This document shows positions 38,628-49,117 of a stretch of DNA of 64,000 nucleotides, in pieces. The stretch's first letter is position 1, and the number at the start of each line of letters is the position of its first letter. The DNA lies in contig JBDRBB010000009.1 in assembly GCA_043823065.1 (NCBI GenBank), forward strand, positions 32,001 through 96,000. Reading direction: 5' to 3'. A model generated the notes under the pieces. It was not told the origin of the DNA and did no database searches. It saw nothing but the letters and a program-made list of their open reading frames with translations. This DNA is from Pseudomonadota bacterium (lineage in GTDB: Bacteria > UBA10199 > 2-02-FULL-44-16 > DYJF01). Both the position numbers and the translations under genes were made by a program.

Positions 38628-39374
38628 CTACTGATGCTTATAGATTAGGCCCAGGGGAATTTTTTCTGGCCATTCATAGGCCAATTTTAGCGCAGCTTCC
38701 CAATTTGCAGGATCATGACCTTTAAGCTCATAGACGCGTTCATTATACCAGGCATAGGTATTTAATTTGTTAAAAGTAACACAAGGTTGCAATACATCAA
38801 TCAAGGAAAAACCTTGATGAGCAATTCCCTGGGCAATTAAATTGCTTAAATGTTCAGGTTTGCCAACAAAGCCTCTAGCTACAAAGCTAGCCTTCATGCT
38901 AACAGCTAAAACAATTGGGTTAAAGGGGTGTTCTGCCACGCCATTTGGTTGGGCCTTGGTTTTAAGTAAGTGTTCTGAAGTAGGGCTGGCTTGCCCCTTG
39001 GTTAGACCATAAATTTGATTATTATGCACAACCAAAGTAAGGTTGGGATTGCGACGAATTGCTGCTAATAAATGATTGCCACCTTCTCCATAGTTGCAAC
39101 CATCGCCACTTTCAACAATTACCGTAAGATCTTTGTTGGCTAGTTTGGCGCCAGTAGCAACTGGTAAAGATCTGCCATGCAGACCATTAAATACATTAGC
39201 TTTAAGATAATGAGGTGCTTTGGCAGCTTGACCAATGCCACTAACAAACAAAACCTGGTGCGGTTCTAGATGTGAATCTACCAAGGCTTGCTTCATAGCC
39301 TTGAGCAGCCCAAAATTGCCGCAGCCAGGACACCAAGCAGTTTCAAATGTTCCAAAATCGTTAAGAGTTACCAT
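38628..39374 (-). CDS. korB: 2-oxoacid:ferredoxin oxidoreductase beta subunit
   Basis: WCPGCGNFG, SGIGQA, LHGR, GDG TPP motif, YGLTKGQASPT, QPCVTFN; substrate specificity is not determinable from sequence. Confidence 0.85.
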   Translation of the reverse strand: MVTLNDFGTFETAWCPGCGNFGLLKAMKQALVDSHLEPHQVLFVSGIGQAAKAPHYLKANVFNGLHGRSLPVATGAKLANKDLTVIVESGDGCNYGEGGNHLLAAIRRNPNLTLVVHNNQIYGLTKGQASPTSEHLLKTKAQPNGVAEHPFNPIVLAVSMKASFVARGFVGKPEHLSNLIAQGIAHQGFSLIDVLQPCVTFNKLNTYAWYNERVYELKGHDPANWEAALKLAYEWPEKIPLGLIYKHQ

Positions 39375-40989
39375 TAACATGCCTCAATATATACTCTGGT
39401 GTAATTGGCAGACCATCATACCTAAGGATTAGTTTTTTAATTTCAAAACCAGTTTCCTGGCGCAATAATTTAGCAAATTGCCCTGTAGCATTGCCTTCCA
39501 CACCAATTACTGTTTTGGCATTTTTTAGATGGTCAATAAAATCAGCAGATTTTAAGGGCCATACTTGTGAAAAATGCAGCAGCGCAGCCTTTTGGCTCTG
39601 GTTTTGAAGTTGGGTTATAGCTTCCTGCACAGATCCTTTAGTTGATCCCCAGCAAACAAATAATAGCTCTGGGCTCTTGTCTCCCCAGAAAGTTGGAGCG
39701 ATGCATTTTTCTAAATGCAGATTTAATTTGCGCAATCTCTTTTCCACCATAGCCTTGCGCACACCTAAATCTTCAGTTAGATGCCCGTCTTCAGTGTGTT
39801 CATCACTATCAGTAACAACTAAATGTTTAGTTTGGCCAGGGATGAGCCTGGGGGAAAGTCCAGTGCTGGTAATTTTATGTCTTAAATAAGGTTCTTCTAT
39901 GGTTGTCTCACTGGTTCCAGTTAAGCTTGAAAATTTTTCCAAATCAAAAGGCGCTACGCTACGATAGGAATCTGCTAAAAATTGATCAGTTAAAATAAAG
40001 ACCGGACCTTGGGTTTTCCAAGCCACTTCAAAGGCCTGTCTGGTAGTATAAAAACATTCTTCAACCGAACCAGGAGAAAAAATGCTGCGCGGAAATTCTC
40101 CATGACCTGAATATAAAACAAATTCCAAATCTGCCTGCTCGGTTCTGGTTGGCAAGCCAGTAGCTGGGCCTGGACGTTGAGCAACTACTACCACCAAAGG
40201 TGTTTCAGTCATGCCAGCCAGACTAATAGCTTCGGTCATTAAAGCAAAACCACCGCCAGATGTGGCAACCATGCTGGGCGCTCCGGCAAAAGAAGCGCCA
40301 ATAGCCATATTAATTGCCGCGATTTCATCTTCAACTTGTTCTACAATCAAATTATGCTGTTTTGCTTGAGCTACTAAGCTAAGATTAATCGAAGTTGCTG
40401 GGGTCATGGGATAGAAAAATGCGCATTTCAAACCAGCGCTAATTGCGCCCAGGGCTATTGCTTCATTGCCGTTCATGACTTTGCGTTTTTCTTTATAGCA
40501 TGGTTGAGGAACTTGTTTTAATTTTTGTGCCTGGCTATTTACTAAATCTGTAGCTGCTTGTAGGGCGTTTAGGTTTTGCTCAACTATAGTTGCACCTTTT
40601 TTTTGAAAGGTCTCAGAAACTATTTGTTGGATTAAATTATGGTCTAAATTGAGCAAGGCGGCGATTACTCCTAGAGCAGTTATATTTTTGGTTTTAGAAG
40701 ATGATAGATCTTGAATCAAAGCAGATTGACTAAGGTTTGGTTGATGCAGGTCAATGGTTTTTGCATCTAAGGCTATAAGTAAATCAATTGTCTCTTGAGG
40801 AGCATAAACCTCTTGATCGCTAACACGTATTTCAAAACAATTATGCCCACCTCTGATGCGCGATTGATAACCTTGGGTAACCACAAAAGCATAACCTCTT
40901 TGCCCCAAAGCCTTGGTTAACAATGTGCCAACTGTGACTAAACCCTGCCCAGCTTCTCCGCCAATTAGAATATTTAAAGTGTTTGCCAT
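39361..40989 (-). CDS. korA: 2-oxoacid:ferredoxin oxidoreductase alpha subunit (gamma-alpha fusion)
   Basis: GGEAGQG, SRIRGGHN, GNEAIALG, YPMTPAT, EDEIAA, TSGGGF, QRPGPATGLPT, GHGEFP; start at MANTL after GAGG. Confidence 0.88.
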   Translation of the reverse strand: MANTLNILIGGEAGQGLVTVGTLLTKALGQRGYAFVVTQGYQSRIRGGHNCFEIRVSDQEVYAPQETIDLLIALDAKTIDLHQPNLSQSALIQDLSSSKTKNITALGVIAALLNLDHNLIQQIVSETFQKKGATIVEQNLNALQAATDLVNSQAQKLKQVPQPCYKEKRKVMNGNEAIALGAISAGLKCAFFYPMTPATSINLSLVAQAKQHNLIVEQVEDEIAAINMAIGASFAGAPSMVATSGGGFALMTEAISLAGMTETPLVVVVAQRPGPATGLPTRTEQADLEFVLYSGHGEFPRSIFSPGSVEECFYTTRQAFEVAWKTQGPVFILTDQFLADSYRSVAPFDLEKFSSLTGTSETTIEEPYLRHKITSTGLSPRLIPGQTKHLVVTDSDEHTEDGHLTEDLGVRKAMVEKRLRKLNLHLEKCIAPTFWGDKSPELLFVCWGSTKGSVQEAITQLQNQSQKAALLHFSQVWPLKSADFIDHLKNAKTVIGVEGNATGQFAKLLRQETGFEIKKLILRYDGLPITPEYILRHVNGNS

Positions 40990-41486
40990 TACCTCATTCC
41001 TGCCCAAGTTTCATTTAAGATTACAATGTGATTCATTTCTTCTTTAATGATGCCGTCAACTTTGTCACGTCCTGCTGCGCTGGGTACAAATTCTTTAAGG
41101 CTCATATAAAAGACTATTGAGTCTTTTTCCATGCCAATCGCTTTTTTAAAAATATCAGCCAGAGATTCTTTGCCAGTGATTTTTTTCGCAGGATTTTCCT
41201 TAACATCAAAAACTTTGCCGTCAGCCATAACCTTAAGGTAGGCTTGAGTTTGCTCAGGATCAGCATAGTTTTTGGCGCCAGGTTGTTTTTCCGCATCTTT
41301 TAGTTCTTGTCTTAAGGCTTGAAAAATAATGCGATGTGCCATTTCCATTTCAGCTAAAGCATTTAAAATTTTACTGACCTTGGGATCAGTGAAATTTTCA
41401 GCAGCTTTGCGGTAATAGCTGGCTCCGTTTTTTTCAATCTGTTCCGCCATTTCAAACACTTCATCAGCGCTGAATTTAATACCCAT
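40989..41486 (-). CDS. Ferritin-like/rubrerythrin-family diiron protein
   Basis: AEQIEKNG..YY, LAEMEMAH, AIGMEKDSIVFY, IIKEEMNH. Confidence 0.85.
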   Translation of the reverse strand: MGIKFSADEVFEMAEQIEKNGASYYRKAAENFTDPKVSKILNALAEMEMAHRIIFQALRQELKDAEKQPGAKNYADPEQTQAYLKVMADGKVFDVKENPAKKITGKESLADIFKKAIGMEKDSIVFYMSLKEFVPSAAGRDKVDGIIKEEMNHIVILNETWAGMR

Positions 41487-42007
41487 TATTCACCCCCTTG
41501 AGTGGCTGTGGGATAAGTAAAAGTGCGTGTGGCTAATTCTCGATCTAGCATAACTAAGCCACTACCAGAGTTTCCAATTTGTTCCAAGGTCTGAGCAACT
41601 TTAGAAGTAGAAGATTCTTCTTCAATTTGTTCTTCTACAAACCAATTAAGCAGAGGCATTGAAGCATAATCATTTGTTTCTCTGGATAAAGTGACTAAAG
41701 TATTAATTCTGGAAGTTACAAATTGTTCGTGCTTGTAAGCTTCTTGCCAGGCGTCTAAAGGCGATTTCCAGGTTGCTTTTGGCTGCTCAATAGCCAATAA
41801 ATTAATTTTTCCATCTCGATCTCGCAGGTGATCATAAAACTTCATGCCATGCACTAATTCTTCTTGGGCCTGAGCTCGCATCCAGGAAGACATGCCGTCT
41901 AAGCCCTTAGCAGAAAAATAGGCAGCCATGGCCATATATAGATAAGCCGAATAAAACTCATACATAATTTGTTTGTTAATCTCTTCCTGCATTTTTTCAT
42001 TAATCAT
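41486..42007 (-). CDS. ftnA: Non-heme ferritin
   Basis: QI..EFYSAYLY, QAQEELVH, HEQFVT..I, WFVEEQIEEE, LDREL. Confidence 0.93.
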   Translation of the reverse strand: MINEKMQEEINKQIMYEFYSAYLYMAMAAYFSAKGLDGMSSWMRAQAQEELVHGMKFYDHLRDRDGKINLLAIEQPKATWKSPLDAWQEAYKHEQFVTSRINTLVTLSRETNDYASMPLLNWFVEEQIEEESSTSKVAQTLEQIGNSGSGLVMLDRELATRTFTYPTATQGGE

Positions 42008-42010
42008 AAA

Positions 42011-42388
42011 TCATTCTCCCTTCCAAAGCCCATGGATATTACAGTATTCTCGGGCTATAATTTGGTTTCCTTTAATTTTAAAACTGGCCTCTGGAGCTTG
42101 GCCTGGTTTTAAGAATTCCCGATAGGCTTTTTCTCCAGAAATAACTTCTATCCATTCAATATAATGTTTTTCTTCCATTGGATGAGGCACTTCACCAACT
42201 TTTACTTTTGTCTCTTCTCCAGCTTTTTCCAAAACTGGCACATGTTTTTCTTTTGCTGCCTCAACAGTATTTTCTTTGAAAAGTTTCATGGGTTGCTCGC
42301 AGCAAACCAACTCACCTTTTCCTTCATGCACCATTTCGACTATATTTCCGCAGATTTCGCATTTGTAAATTTCCAGTTTTTTAGGCAT
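42011..42388 (-). CDS. dfx: Desulfoferrodoxin (2Fe superoxide reductase)
   Basis: YKCEICGN...[32 protein letters not shown]; start at 42388 or 42400. Confidence 0.95.
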   Translation of the reverse strand: MPKKLEIYKCEICGNIVEMVHEGKGELVCCEQPMKLFKENTVEAAKEKHVPVLEKAGEETKVKVGEVPHPMEEKHYIEWIEVISGEKAYREFLKPGQAPEASFKIKGNQIIAREYCNIHGLWKGE

Positions 42389-42413
42389 TTTTACCCCCAT
42401 TTTGTTATATTTG

Positions 42414-42929
42414 TTATAATAGTTTTTTTACTTCAGTTAAAACTGCAGCATAATCAGGCTCGTTGGTAATCTCCTTCACCAATTGAGTATATCTTACAGC
42501 ACCTTCTTTGTCTAAAACGAATATAGAACGAGCTAAAAGCCGAAGCTCTTTAATAAGAACGGCATAAGCTCTGCCAAAGCTAACATCAAAATGGTCTGAG
42601 AGAGTTTTAACTTTATTAACACCTGCAGCTCCACACCAACGGGCTTGGGCAAAAGGTAGGTCAGCGCTGATAGCTAACACTACAACATTTTCATCAAGTT
42701 TAACTGCTTCTTGATTAAATCTTCTAACCTCAGTATCGCAAACTGGGGTGTCAAGAGAAGGCACAGTTGTAATTACACAAATTTTTCCCCTAAATGAAGA
42801 TAATTTTACTGGGTTTAAATTATTATCAAGAAGTGTGGCATCTAAGGCATTGCTGCCAACTTTTACTTCATTGCCTACCAAAGTTAATGGTTTACCCTGG
42901 AAAGTAACAATCCCTTTTCTTTCATTCAT
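42414..42929 (-). CDS. tpx: Thiol peroxidase (atypical 2-Cys peroxiredoxin)
   Basis: [42 protein letters not shown]. Confidence 0.95.
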   Translation of the reverse strand: MNERKGIVTFQGKPLTLVGNEVKVGSNALDATLLDNNLNPVKLSSFRGKICVITTVPSLDTPVCDTEVRRFNQEAVKLDENVVVLAISADLPFAQARWCGAAGVNKVKTLSDHFDVSFGRAYAVLIKELRLLARSIFVLDKEGAVRYTQLVKEITNEPDYAAVLTEVKKLL

Positions 42930-42940
42930 TTTTTTCTCCT

Positions 42941-43513
42941 CTACCAATTTTCACCAAGTAATTCAAAGTGAGCTTGGGGATGAACGCATGCTGGGCAAAC
43001 CTCTGGTGCTTCATGACCAGTGTGTAAATATCCACAGTTGCGGCAGCGCCAAGTAACTTGAGTTTCTCTTTTAAATACCACATCGTTTTCAATATTGGCT
43101 TTTAAATCTAGATATCTTTTTTCATGTTGTTTTTCAGCCACAGCAATTGCTTCAAATGCTTTGGCTATTTCTTCAAAACCTTCTTTTCTGGCAGTTTTGG
43201 CAAAAGAAGGATACATGTCTGTCCATTCATAATTTTCACCACCAGCTGCTTCTGCCAAATTTGCCACAGTGTTGCCAATTACTCCTGCGGGAAATTTGGC
43301 TTTAATTTCTACTTCGCCGCCTTCTAAAAATTTAAACAAACGTTTGGCATGTTCTTTTTCTTGGTTGGCAGTTTCTTCAAAAATATAAGAAATCTGCACA
43401 AACCCCTCTTTTTTGGCTTGGCTGGAAAAATAGGTATAACGATTCCTAGCCTGAGATTCTCCTGCAAAAGCAGTGACTAAATTTTTTTCAGTCAAAGTTC
43501 CTTTCAAACTCAT
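42941..43513 (-). CDS. rbr: Rubrerythrin
   Basis: [41 protein letters not shown]...CPAC.HP; start at MSLKGT. Confidence 0.95.
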   Translation of the reverse strand: MSLKGTLTEKNLVTAFAGESQARNRYTYFSSQAKKEGFVQISYIFEETANQEKEHAKRLFKFLEGGEVEIKAKFPAGVIGNTVANLAEAAGGENYEWTDMYPSFAKTARKEGFEEIAKAFEAIAVAEKQHEKRYLDLKANIENDVVFKRETQVTWRCRNCGYLHTGHEAPEVCPACVHPQAHFELLGENW

Positions 43514-43529
43514 AACTTCCCCTTTCTGC

Positions 43530-43937
43530 CTATTTGGCTTTTTTCTGACAATTTGGACATAATCCATTAAACTCTAAGCGAAAACTAGTAATCTCAAATC
43601 CCTCTATTGTACCCAAAGCTGAATCAAGTTCGGCAATTTGCTTCAAAGGGAGATCAAATATTTTTTGGCAAGTTTGACAACGTAGATGGTAATGAGCGTG
43701 CTTTTTACCATCAAAACGCTTTTGAGCCCCAGATAATTCTAGTTTGGTAATCTCACCTGTTTTAGCTAAAAACTCAAGGTTTCTATATACTGTTCCCAAG
43801 CTAATTTTAGGCAGGCGATTTTTGACAATATTATATAATTCATCAGCAGTAGGATGAGTGTGTAGTTTAGCTAATTCCTCAAAAATAACCTGCCGTTGTT
43901 CAGTATTTCTACTAATTGGACAATTTTCTTTATTCAT
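43530..43937 (-). CDS. perR: Fur-family peroxide stress regulator
   Basis: [18 protein letters not shown]...HYH..CQTC, GLCPNC; heads a peroxide-defence operon. Confidence 0.85.
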   Translation of the reverse strand: MNKENCPISRNTEQRQVIFEELAKLHTHPTADELYNIVKNRLPKISLGTVYRNLEFLAKTGEITKLELSGAQKRFDGKKHAHYHLRCQTCQKIFDLPLKQIAELDSALGTIEGFEITSFRLEFNGLCPNCQKKAK

Positions 43938-43942
43938 TTCTT

Positions 43943-43974
43943 ATCAAGAATAGTTACTATTAGCACAATGTCAA
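43943..43974 (-). promoter_or_regulatory. Sigma70 promoter with overlapping PerR/Fur-type operator
   Basis: Minus strand TTGACA-N16-TATTCT; the palindrome AATAGT-A-ACTATT overlaps the spacer and -10 element. Confidence 0.7.
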
Positions 43975-43979
43975 GGTAA

Positions 43980-45602
43980 TTATCCTAAAAAATGAATAGC
44001 AGCTAAGACAAAAACTTGGCCAGTAATGGTTAGCAAAATAACTGCCACTGGATAAACTGCTGCATAGGAAATTACCGGGGATTCATCATCTAAAGACTTA
44101 ACCAAAACACCCAAGGCTGGGCTGCTGGTTAAGGCGCCACAAATTGCGCCTAAAGAGGTTAACATGGGTATGTGTAAAATATTATGGGCAAAGATAAAAG
44201 CAGCAATGGTTGTGATTGAAGCAATCAAAGCGCCTAACACAAAGATTGGCCAAATATTATGCTGAGCAATGATTTCTGGTAAAAAATGACCAGTTTTAGT
44301 TCCCACGCCCACTAAAAAAAAGACTAAGCCAATGTCGCGCAAAAAGAATTTTGTGGCATTAGGCAGCCTAACTGACCAAGGCCCAATTTTGCCAAAATGA
44401 CTGATAATTAAGGCCATGATTAAAGGACCACCAGCATTACCCAATTTAAAAGTAAAATTACCAAGTACTATTGGGATTTCTCCTAACAGAACTCCAGTAA
44501 GCATGCCTAGGGATAAAATTAAAATATTGGTATCATCTAATCTGCGTTTTTCTGAACCAGCAACATTAATAAAGTGTTCTAAATTTTCTTTGTTGCCAAT
44601 AATGCGAATAGAATCTCCCACTTCTAAAAACATGTTACTAGTAGGAGTGATGGCAATATCACCGCGGTAAATTCTGGTAACAGTTATGCCGTAGTTTTCC
44701 CTTAAACGTAATTTTTTTAGGGCCTTGCCGGTTATTTTTGAACCACTAACAAAGATATCTCTAATATTAACTGTACCTTCAAATGGCAGCTCACCTGTCA
44801 TTTCTTCGCCAAGCAACATTTTTGCTTTATCTAGTTCCTGATCCTTACCAACCGCAACCACAATATCATCTAAGGCCAATTTAGTTTGAGGCAAACATAA
44901 GTGGATTTCATTATGGCGTTGATAGCGGGTAAGATTCACTTGGCAAAAATCATGCAAGTTAATTTCATTAATAGTCTTACCAGCCAGATTGGCATTGGTA
45001 AGGCGAAAACATCTGGTTTTTATCTCATGTTGGGTATGTTGTTTGGCTTCTAGAGAGCGGTCTTCTTGGATTTGCTTGCTAAAAAATCTTGGCACCAGTT
45101 GGACCAAAAGGATGAGACTTATTAAACCAAAAGGATAAGAGATGGCATAACCTAAAGAAGCAGCGCCAGCAGTGCCAGGAATATAATTTTGAATAGCATC
45201 AATTGCAGTTGCCAAAGTAGGAGTGCTAGTTAGAGCTCCAGCAAAAGTTCCTACAGCTAGGCTGGTATTAATATGAAAAAGTTTGGCCAAAAAAATACTT
45301 AGGGCAATGCCAAATACAGTTGCAAAAAAAGCTAGCAGTAAAAATTTTACGCCGCGCACCCTAAATAAACGAAAAAATTGAGGACCAGCTTGAATGCCCA
45401 CAGCATAAACAAAAAATACAATGCCCAACTCAGTAATAATTGTTGGTGTTTGATAGCCAGCAAACCCAGCAGTAATGGCCACAAACAAGCAGGCGCTACT
45501 TCCTAAAGACACGCCCCATAATTTAAGATGTCCTAAAGAATAACCAACCAGGACAATTAAGAGTAAGGGTAAGATTTGATTATTTATTAAAGTTTGCCAC
45601 AT
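43980..45602 (-). CDS. Aspartate:alanine exchanger (YidE/YbjL) family transporter with TrkA-C domains
   Basis: FFVYAVGIQAGPQFF, GALTSTP, two RCK_C-like soluble domains, GGPLI, GALTSSP, YAAVYP. Confidence 0.9.
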   Translation of the reverse strand: MWQTLINNQILPLLLIVLVGYSLGHLKLWGVSLGSSACLFVAITAGFAGYQTPTIITELGIVFFVYAVGIQAGPQFFRLFRVRGVKFLLLAFFATVFGIALSIFLAKLFHINTSLAVGTFAGALTSTPTLATAIDAIQNYIPGTAGAASLGYAISYPFGLISLILLVQLVPRFFSKQIQEDRSLEAKQHTQHEIKTRCFRLTNANLAGKTINEINLHDFCQVNLTRYQRHNEIHLCLPQTKLALDDIVVAVGKDQELDKAKMLLGEEMTGELPFEGTVNIRDIFVSGSKITGKALKKLRLRENYGITVTRIYRGDIAITPTSNMFLEVGDSIRIIGNKENLEHFINVAGSEKRRLDDTNILILSLGMLTGVLLGEIPIVLGNFTFKLGNAGGPLIMALIISHFGKIGPWSVRLPNATKFFLRDIGLVFFLVGVGTKTGHFLPEIIAQHNIWPIFVLGALIASITTIAAFIFAHNILHIPMLTSLGAICGALTSSPALGVLVKSLDDESPVISYAAVYPVAVILLTITGQVFVLAAIHFLG

Positions 45603-45664
45603 AAAAGAGGTTGCTCATTCCTTATAATGCGGTATAAAGCAGTTTAAACTCGTTTACAACTATT

Positions 45665-47326
45665 ATGTTTTTGCGAAAAATTTTTATTTTAGTTATTTTT
45701 TGTTTGGCCAGCAGTGGCGTTGCTCTTGCTCAAGAAAATGGCCTTGTTTTTTCTATACAAGACAAGTTGCAAAAGAGCCAGCTTGTATCTGGTCAAGTCT
45801 TGCACGCCTATCCAATCTTAAAAAGATATTATCAAGATCGGAGCTTTGAACCTGTTTGGATAAAATCTGACCTTAAAGTAACCAAACAAGCTAAAGATCT
45901 GTTAAAAATTTTGAATCAAATTGATCAGGAAGGTTTAAATCCAGAAGACTACCATTTTGAAATAATTTCTTTGAACCTGGATCAAGCTAAAAAATTTAGA
46001 CAGCAAGATAAATTGGAAGATTTGGCAGATCTAGAATTGCTTTTAAGCGATGCTTTTTTAAGTCTGGGTTTCCATTTTTCCTATGGAAAAGTAGATCCTA
46101 TGAATTTTAAAGCGCGCTGGTATGCGCCAATTTCTGAAAATGGTTTGCCAGCTATTATGGATCAGGCTGTTGCTAACAACCAGGTGCGGGAAGCTTTGCT
46201 TGATCTATTGCCAAAAACACCAGGTTATCAAAAGTTGCGGCAAAAATTAGCAGAATTAAAAGAGCTGTCTCAAGAAACAAATTGGACGCCAATTCCAGAT
46301 TTGCCTAAAAACAAGAAACTCAAACTTGGTGATCAGGACGAACGCATTGTTTTGATTAAGCAACGTTTAGATTTGTTGCCAAATCTTAAGCAAGATATCT
46401 GGCCTGAACAAGCTTATGTCTTTGACCAGGAATTAGAAGTGGCTCTAAAAGAATTTCAAGCACAACATGGTTTATTAGTTGATGGAGTAGTTGGCTGGCG
46501 CACCATTAACAATTTAAATGAAGCTATATTTAAAAAAATTGAACAAGTTAAAATCAATTTAGATCGTCAAAGGGCGCTGGCATCTCTTTTGTATGAACCC
46601 AGAAATATTGTAGTAAATATTCCCAATTTTGGTTTGGAAGTTAGAGACAATAACCAAAAGATCATGGAAATGCGCGTGATTGTTGGTATGAAAAAGCGCA
46701 TGACACCTTTGTTGTCATCTGAAATTAATCATTTAATCTTTAGTCCCAAGTGGTTTGTGCCAGATACTATTTTAGTGGAAGATAAATTGCCCTTAGTTAA
46801 AGATGATCCAGAGTTTTTTAAAAAACATGGCATGAAGATTTATGAAAAAGGCGGGGAAAGATCTAAGCAGGCCGAGCCTATTGATCCAGAAACTATTGAT
46901 TGGTCGCAAATTGATTTTGATGATCCAGAAGATGTGCCATTTAGGGTGGTGCAAGGCCCAGGTGCTGGCAATGCTTTAGGCAGGGTTAAATTTATGTTTC
47001 CCAATCCGCATGCGGTTTATCTGCACGATACACCAACCAAGGGTTTGTTTAACAATGCGTACCGGGCTTTTAGTTCTGGTTGTATGCGCATTCAAAAACC
47101 CATTGATATGGCAAAATTTTTGCTTCAGGATAAAAAAAGCTGGGATGAAGAAAAGATCAAGCGAGCCATGAACCAAGGACATGAGCAAGTTGTTCCTTTA
47201 ACCAACCCTATACCCATTCATGTTATCTACATGACCTCCTGGGTGGATGATAATAATCAATTGCAGCTTCGAGAAGATATTTATGGATTAGATACTGCAT
47301 ACCAGAAGGCATTTAATACACACTAA
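45665..47326 (+). CDS. L,D-transpeptidase (YcbB/LdtD-like) with peptidoglycan-binding domain
   Basis: FQ..HGL..DGVVG..T, VNIP, VIVG...TP, NALGRVKFMFPN...YLHDTP, RAFSSGCMR. Confidence 0.92.
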   Translation: MFLRKIFILVIFCLASSGVALAQENGLVFSIQDKLQKSQLVSGQVLHAYPILKRYYQDRSFEPVWIKSDLKVTKQAKDLLKILNQIDQEGLNPEDYHFEIISLNLDQAKKFRQQDKLEDLADLELLLSDAFLSLGFHFSYGKVDPMNFKARWYAPISENGLPAIMDQAVANNQVREALLDLLPKTPGYQKLRQKLAELKELSQETNWTPIPDLPKNKKLKLGDQDERIVLIKQRLDLLPNLKQDIWPEQAYVFDQELEVALKEFQAQHGLLVDGVVGWRTINNLNEAIFKKIEQVKINLDRQRALASLLYEPRNIVVNIPNFGLEVRDNNQKIMEMRVIVGMKKRMTPLLSSEINHLIFSPKWFVPDTILVEDKLPLVKDDPEFFKKHGMKIYEKGGERSKQAEPIDPETIDWSQIDFDDPEDVPFRVVQGPGAGNALGRVKFMFPNPHAVYLHDTPTKGLFNNAYRAFSSGCMRIQKPIDMAKFLLQDKKSWDEEKIKRAMNQGHEQVVPLTNPIPIHVIYMTSWVDDNNQLQLREDIYGLDTAYQKAFNTH

Positions 47327-47328
47327 GA

Positions 47329-48081
47329 ATGTTCACTTTTATATTCCTAGGTGCTGCAGGTTTTTTGGCAGGATTTATAGACTCGGTTGCTGGCGGCGGC
47401 GGTTTGATTACCTTGCCAGCGCTTTTGGCCGCAGGTCTTCCTCCTCATCTGGCTTTAGGCACCAACAAATTTCAATCTATGTTTGGCACAACTTGTGCGC
47501 TCATTAACTTTGCCCGCAAAGGAAAAGTGATTTGGAAAGTAGCAGCTCTGGGTGTGCCTTTTGCTTTAGTTGGTTCAACTCTTGGCGCGCATTTGGTTTT
47601 ATTTTTAAATCCTTCGCTGGTAGCCAAAATCATTATTGGTTTTCTACCACCGTTAGTAGTTGTAGTTTTATTTTCGCGCTCAATTTTGCGTCATCGTCCG
47701 CCAGCCAAAATGAAGAAATTAAATTTTTGGGTGCTTACTCCTTTAGCCTGTTTATTAATTGGCGCTTATGATGGTTTTTTGGGACCAGGGACTGGCTCGT
47801 TTTTAATTTTAGCCTTGGTTTTTTTTACACACTTAAATTTGATCGGAGCCAGCGCTACGGCCAAGACCTTTAATCTGGCTTCAAACGTAGGCGCATTTGC
47901 GATGTTTGTAATATCCGGAGCAGTATATTTCCCTTATGCTATTATCATGGCAATATTTAATATTGCTGGCAACATTGTCGGCAGCCATTTTGCCATCAAA
48001 CGCGGCGATCACTTTATTCAAAAAATCCTTATAGTATCCTTGTCGCTTCTGTTGGCATATCTCATCTGGAAATATTTTTAA
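47329..48081 (+). CDS. TSUP (TauE/SafE) family membrane transporter
   Basis: GFIDSVAGGGGLI, ALGTNK, YDGFLGPGTG, K..NLASN. Confidence 0.92.
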   Translation: MFTFIFLGAAGFLAGFIDSVAGGGGLITLPALLAAGLPPHLALGTNKFQSMFGTTCALINFARKGKVIWKVAALGVPFALVGSTLGAHLVLFLNPSLVAKIIIGFLPPLVVVVLFSRSILRHRPPAKMKKLNFWVLTPLACLLIGAYDGFLGPGTGSFLILALVFFTHLNLIGASATAKTFNLASNVGAFAMFVISGAVYFPYAIIMAIFNIAGNIVGSHFAIKRGDHFIQKILIVSLSLLLAYLIWKYF

Positions 48082-48109
48082 AATATTGTTTAGCAACTTA
48101 AATGAGTAA

Positions 48110-48135
48110 TTAAAATTCCCGAAAGGGAATTTTAA
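48110..48135 (+). terminator. Probable intrinsic terminator
   Basis: Perfect hairpin TTAAAATTCCC-GAAA-GGGAATTTTAA after the TSUP gene. Confidence 0.7.
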
Positions 48136-48178
48136 CGTTTATTGACACTGGGGCAAGAAGTGTATAGGTTGCAAACCT

Positions 48179-49117
48179 ATGAAGATAAAAAATATATTTT
48201 TGGTTGCTTTGTTATTGACTTTAGTGGCCCAAGTTGGTTTGGCCAAAGTTCCTGATAAATATTTTAAGAAAAAAAATGAAAGCAGTATCGCCAACGGAAA
48301 CAGCAACAACAATGGCAATGGGAACGGTAATGGCATTAGTTTTGCCAATCCTTACGGCATCGCAGTGGATGAGAAAACCGGGTTTATGTATGTCAGTAAT
48401 GTTAATGGCGAACTCACTGCCAAAGATGGCAATGGTTATATTTCCCGCCTAAAAAGTGACGGTACAGTTGATGAAATTAAATTCATCAATGGAGGCAATA
48501 GTAAAGATGCCTTAAATGCGCCCACAGGTATGGTAGTTTTGAATACCACGCTTTATGTTTGTGATATTGATGCTTTGCGCGCCTATAATTTGCTCAATAA
48601 AAAATTTATGTTCAATGTCAATTTTGGCGATCTGCCAGTGCAGCATTTTTATGATATTACTATTGGTCCTGATGGGGCGCTGTATGTAACTGATGCTGAT
48701 GCCAATCGGGTTTATAGAATAGATGTGAGCAAGCAACATGAAGTAACCACTTTTATTGCTAATCTAGATTTAGGTGGACCGCGCGGTATTGTTTGGTATC
48801 CGCTAAGTCAAAGTTTCATAGTTGCTGGTGCAGTATCTGGAAAGATTACTGCTTATGATAAAAATGGGGCCACTAAACAATTACCGTCTATCTTCTTGAA
48901 AGCACCGCAAGGACTGGGGTTAGATGATAGTGGTAATATTTACGTTGCTGATATGAGTTTGGAAAATGTTTATCTTATTCCTTCTAATTTTGCCTTGTTA
49001 GGATTTAAGCAAGGTTTGCAAGAACCAACAGGTATTGCTTATAATAGAATGTCTAAAAAAATTGCCATTTCCAGTTTTAAGGGAAATGAGGTTGTCTTTG
49101 TCGAACCAGCTCAATGA
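48179..49117 (+). CDS. Exported beta-propeller protein (SMP-30/NHL-repeat like)
   Basis: Signal peptide; repeated PxGIAVD / PTGM / DITIGPDG.LYVTD / PQGLGLD blades; YVSN...KDGNGYIS. Confidence 0.8.
   Translation: MKIKNIFLVALLLTLVAQVGLAKVPDKYFKKKNESSIANGNSNNNGNGNGNGISFANPYGIAVDEKTGFMYVSNVNGELTAKDGNGYISRLKSDGTVDEIKFINGGNSKDALNAPTGMVVLNTTLYVCDIDALRAYNLLNKKFMFNVNFGDLPVQHFYDITIGPDGALYVTDADANRVYRIDVSKQHEVTTFIANLDLGGPRGIVWYPLSQSFIVAGAVSGKITAYDKNGATKQLPSIFLKAPQGLGLDDSGNIYVADMSLENVYLIPSNFALLGFKQGLQEPTGIAYNRMSKKIAISSFKGNEVVFVEPAQ

Noticed and set aside
38628..39374. Beta subunit looks somewhat short at the C-terminus (possible pseudogene)
   Set aside because: All TPP and Fe-S motifs are intact and the next gene's RBS overlaps the stop, consistent with a compact functional gene
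3452..40989. Claim that the organism is an rTCA autotroph
   Set aside because: aclAB, icd, acn and one oxidoreductase are present, but fumarate reductase, succinyl-CoA synthetase, pyruvate synthase and an energy source are not in the window; the oxidoreductase sits in a stress operon
48290..48335. NGNSNNNGNGNGNG low-complexity tract
   Set aside because: Codons vary, so it is a simple linker rather than a phase-variable repeat
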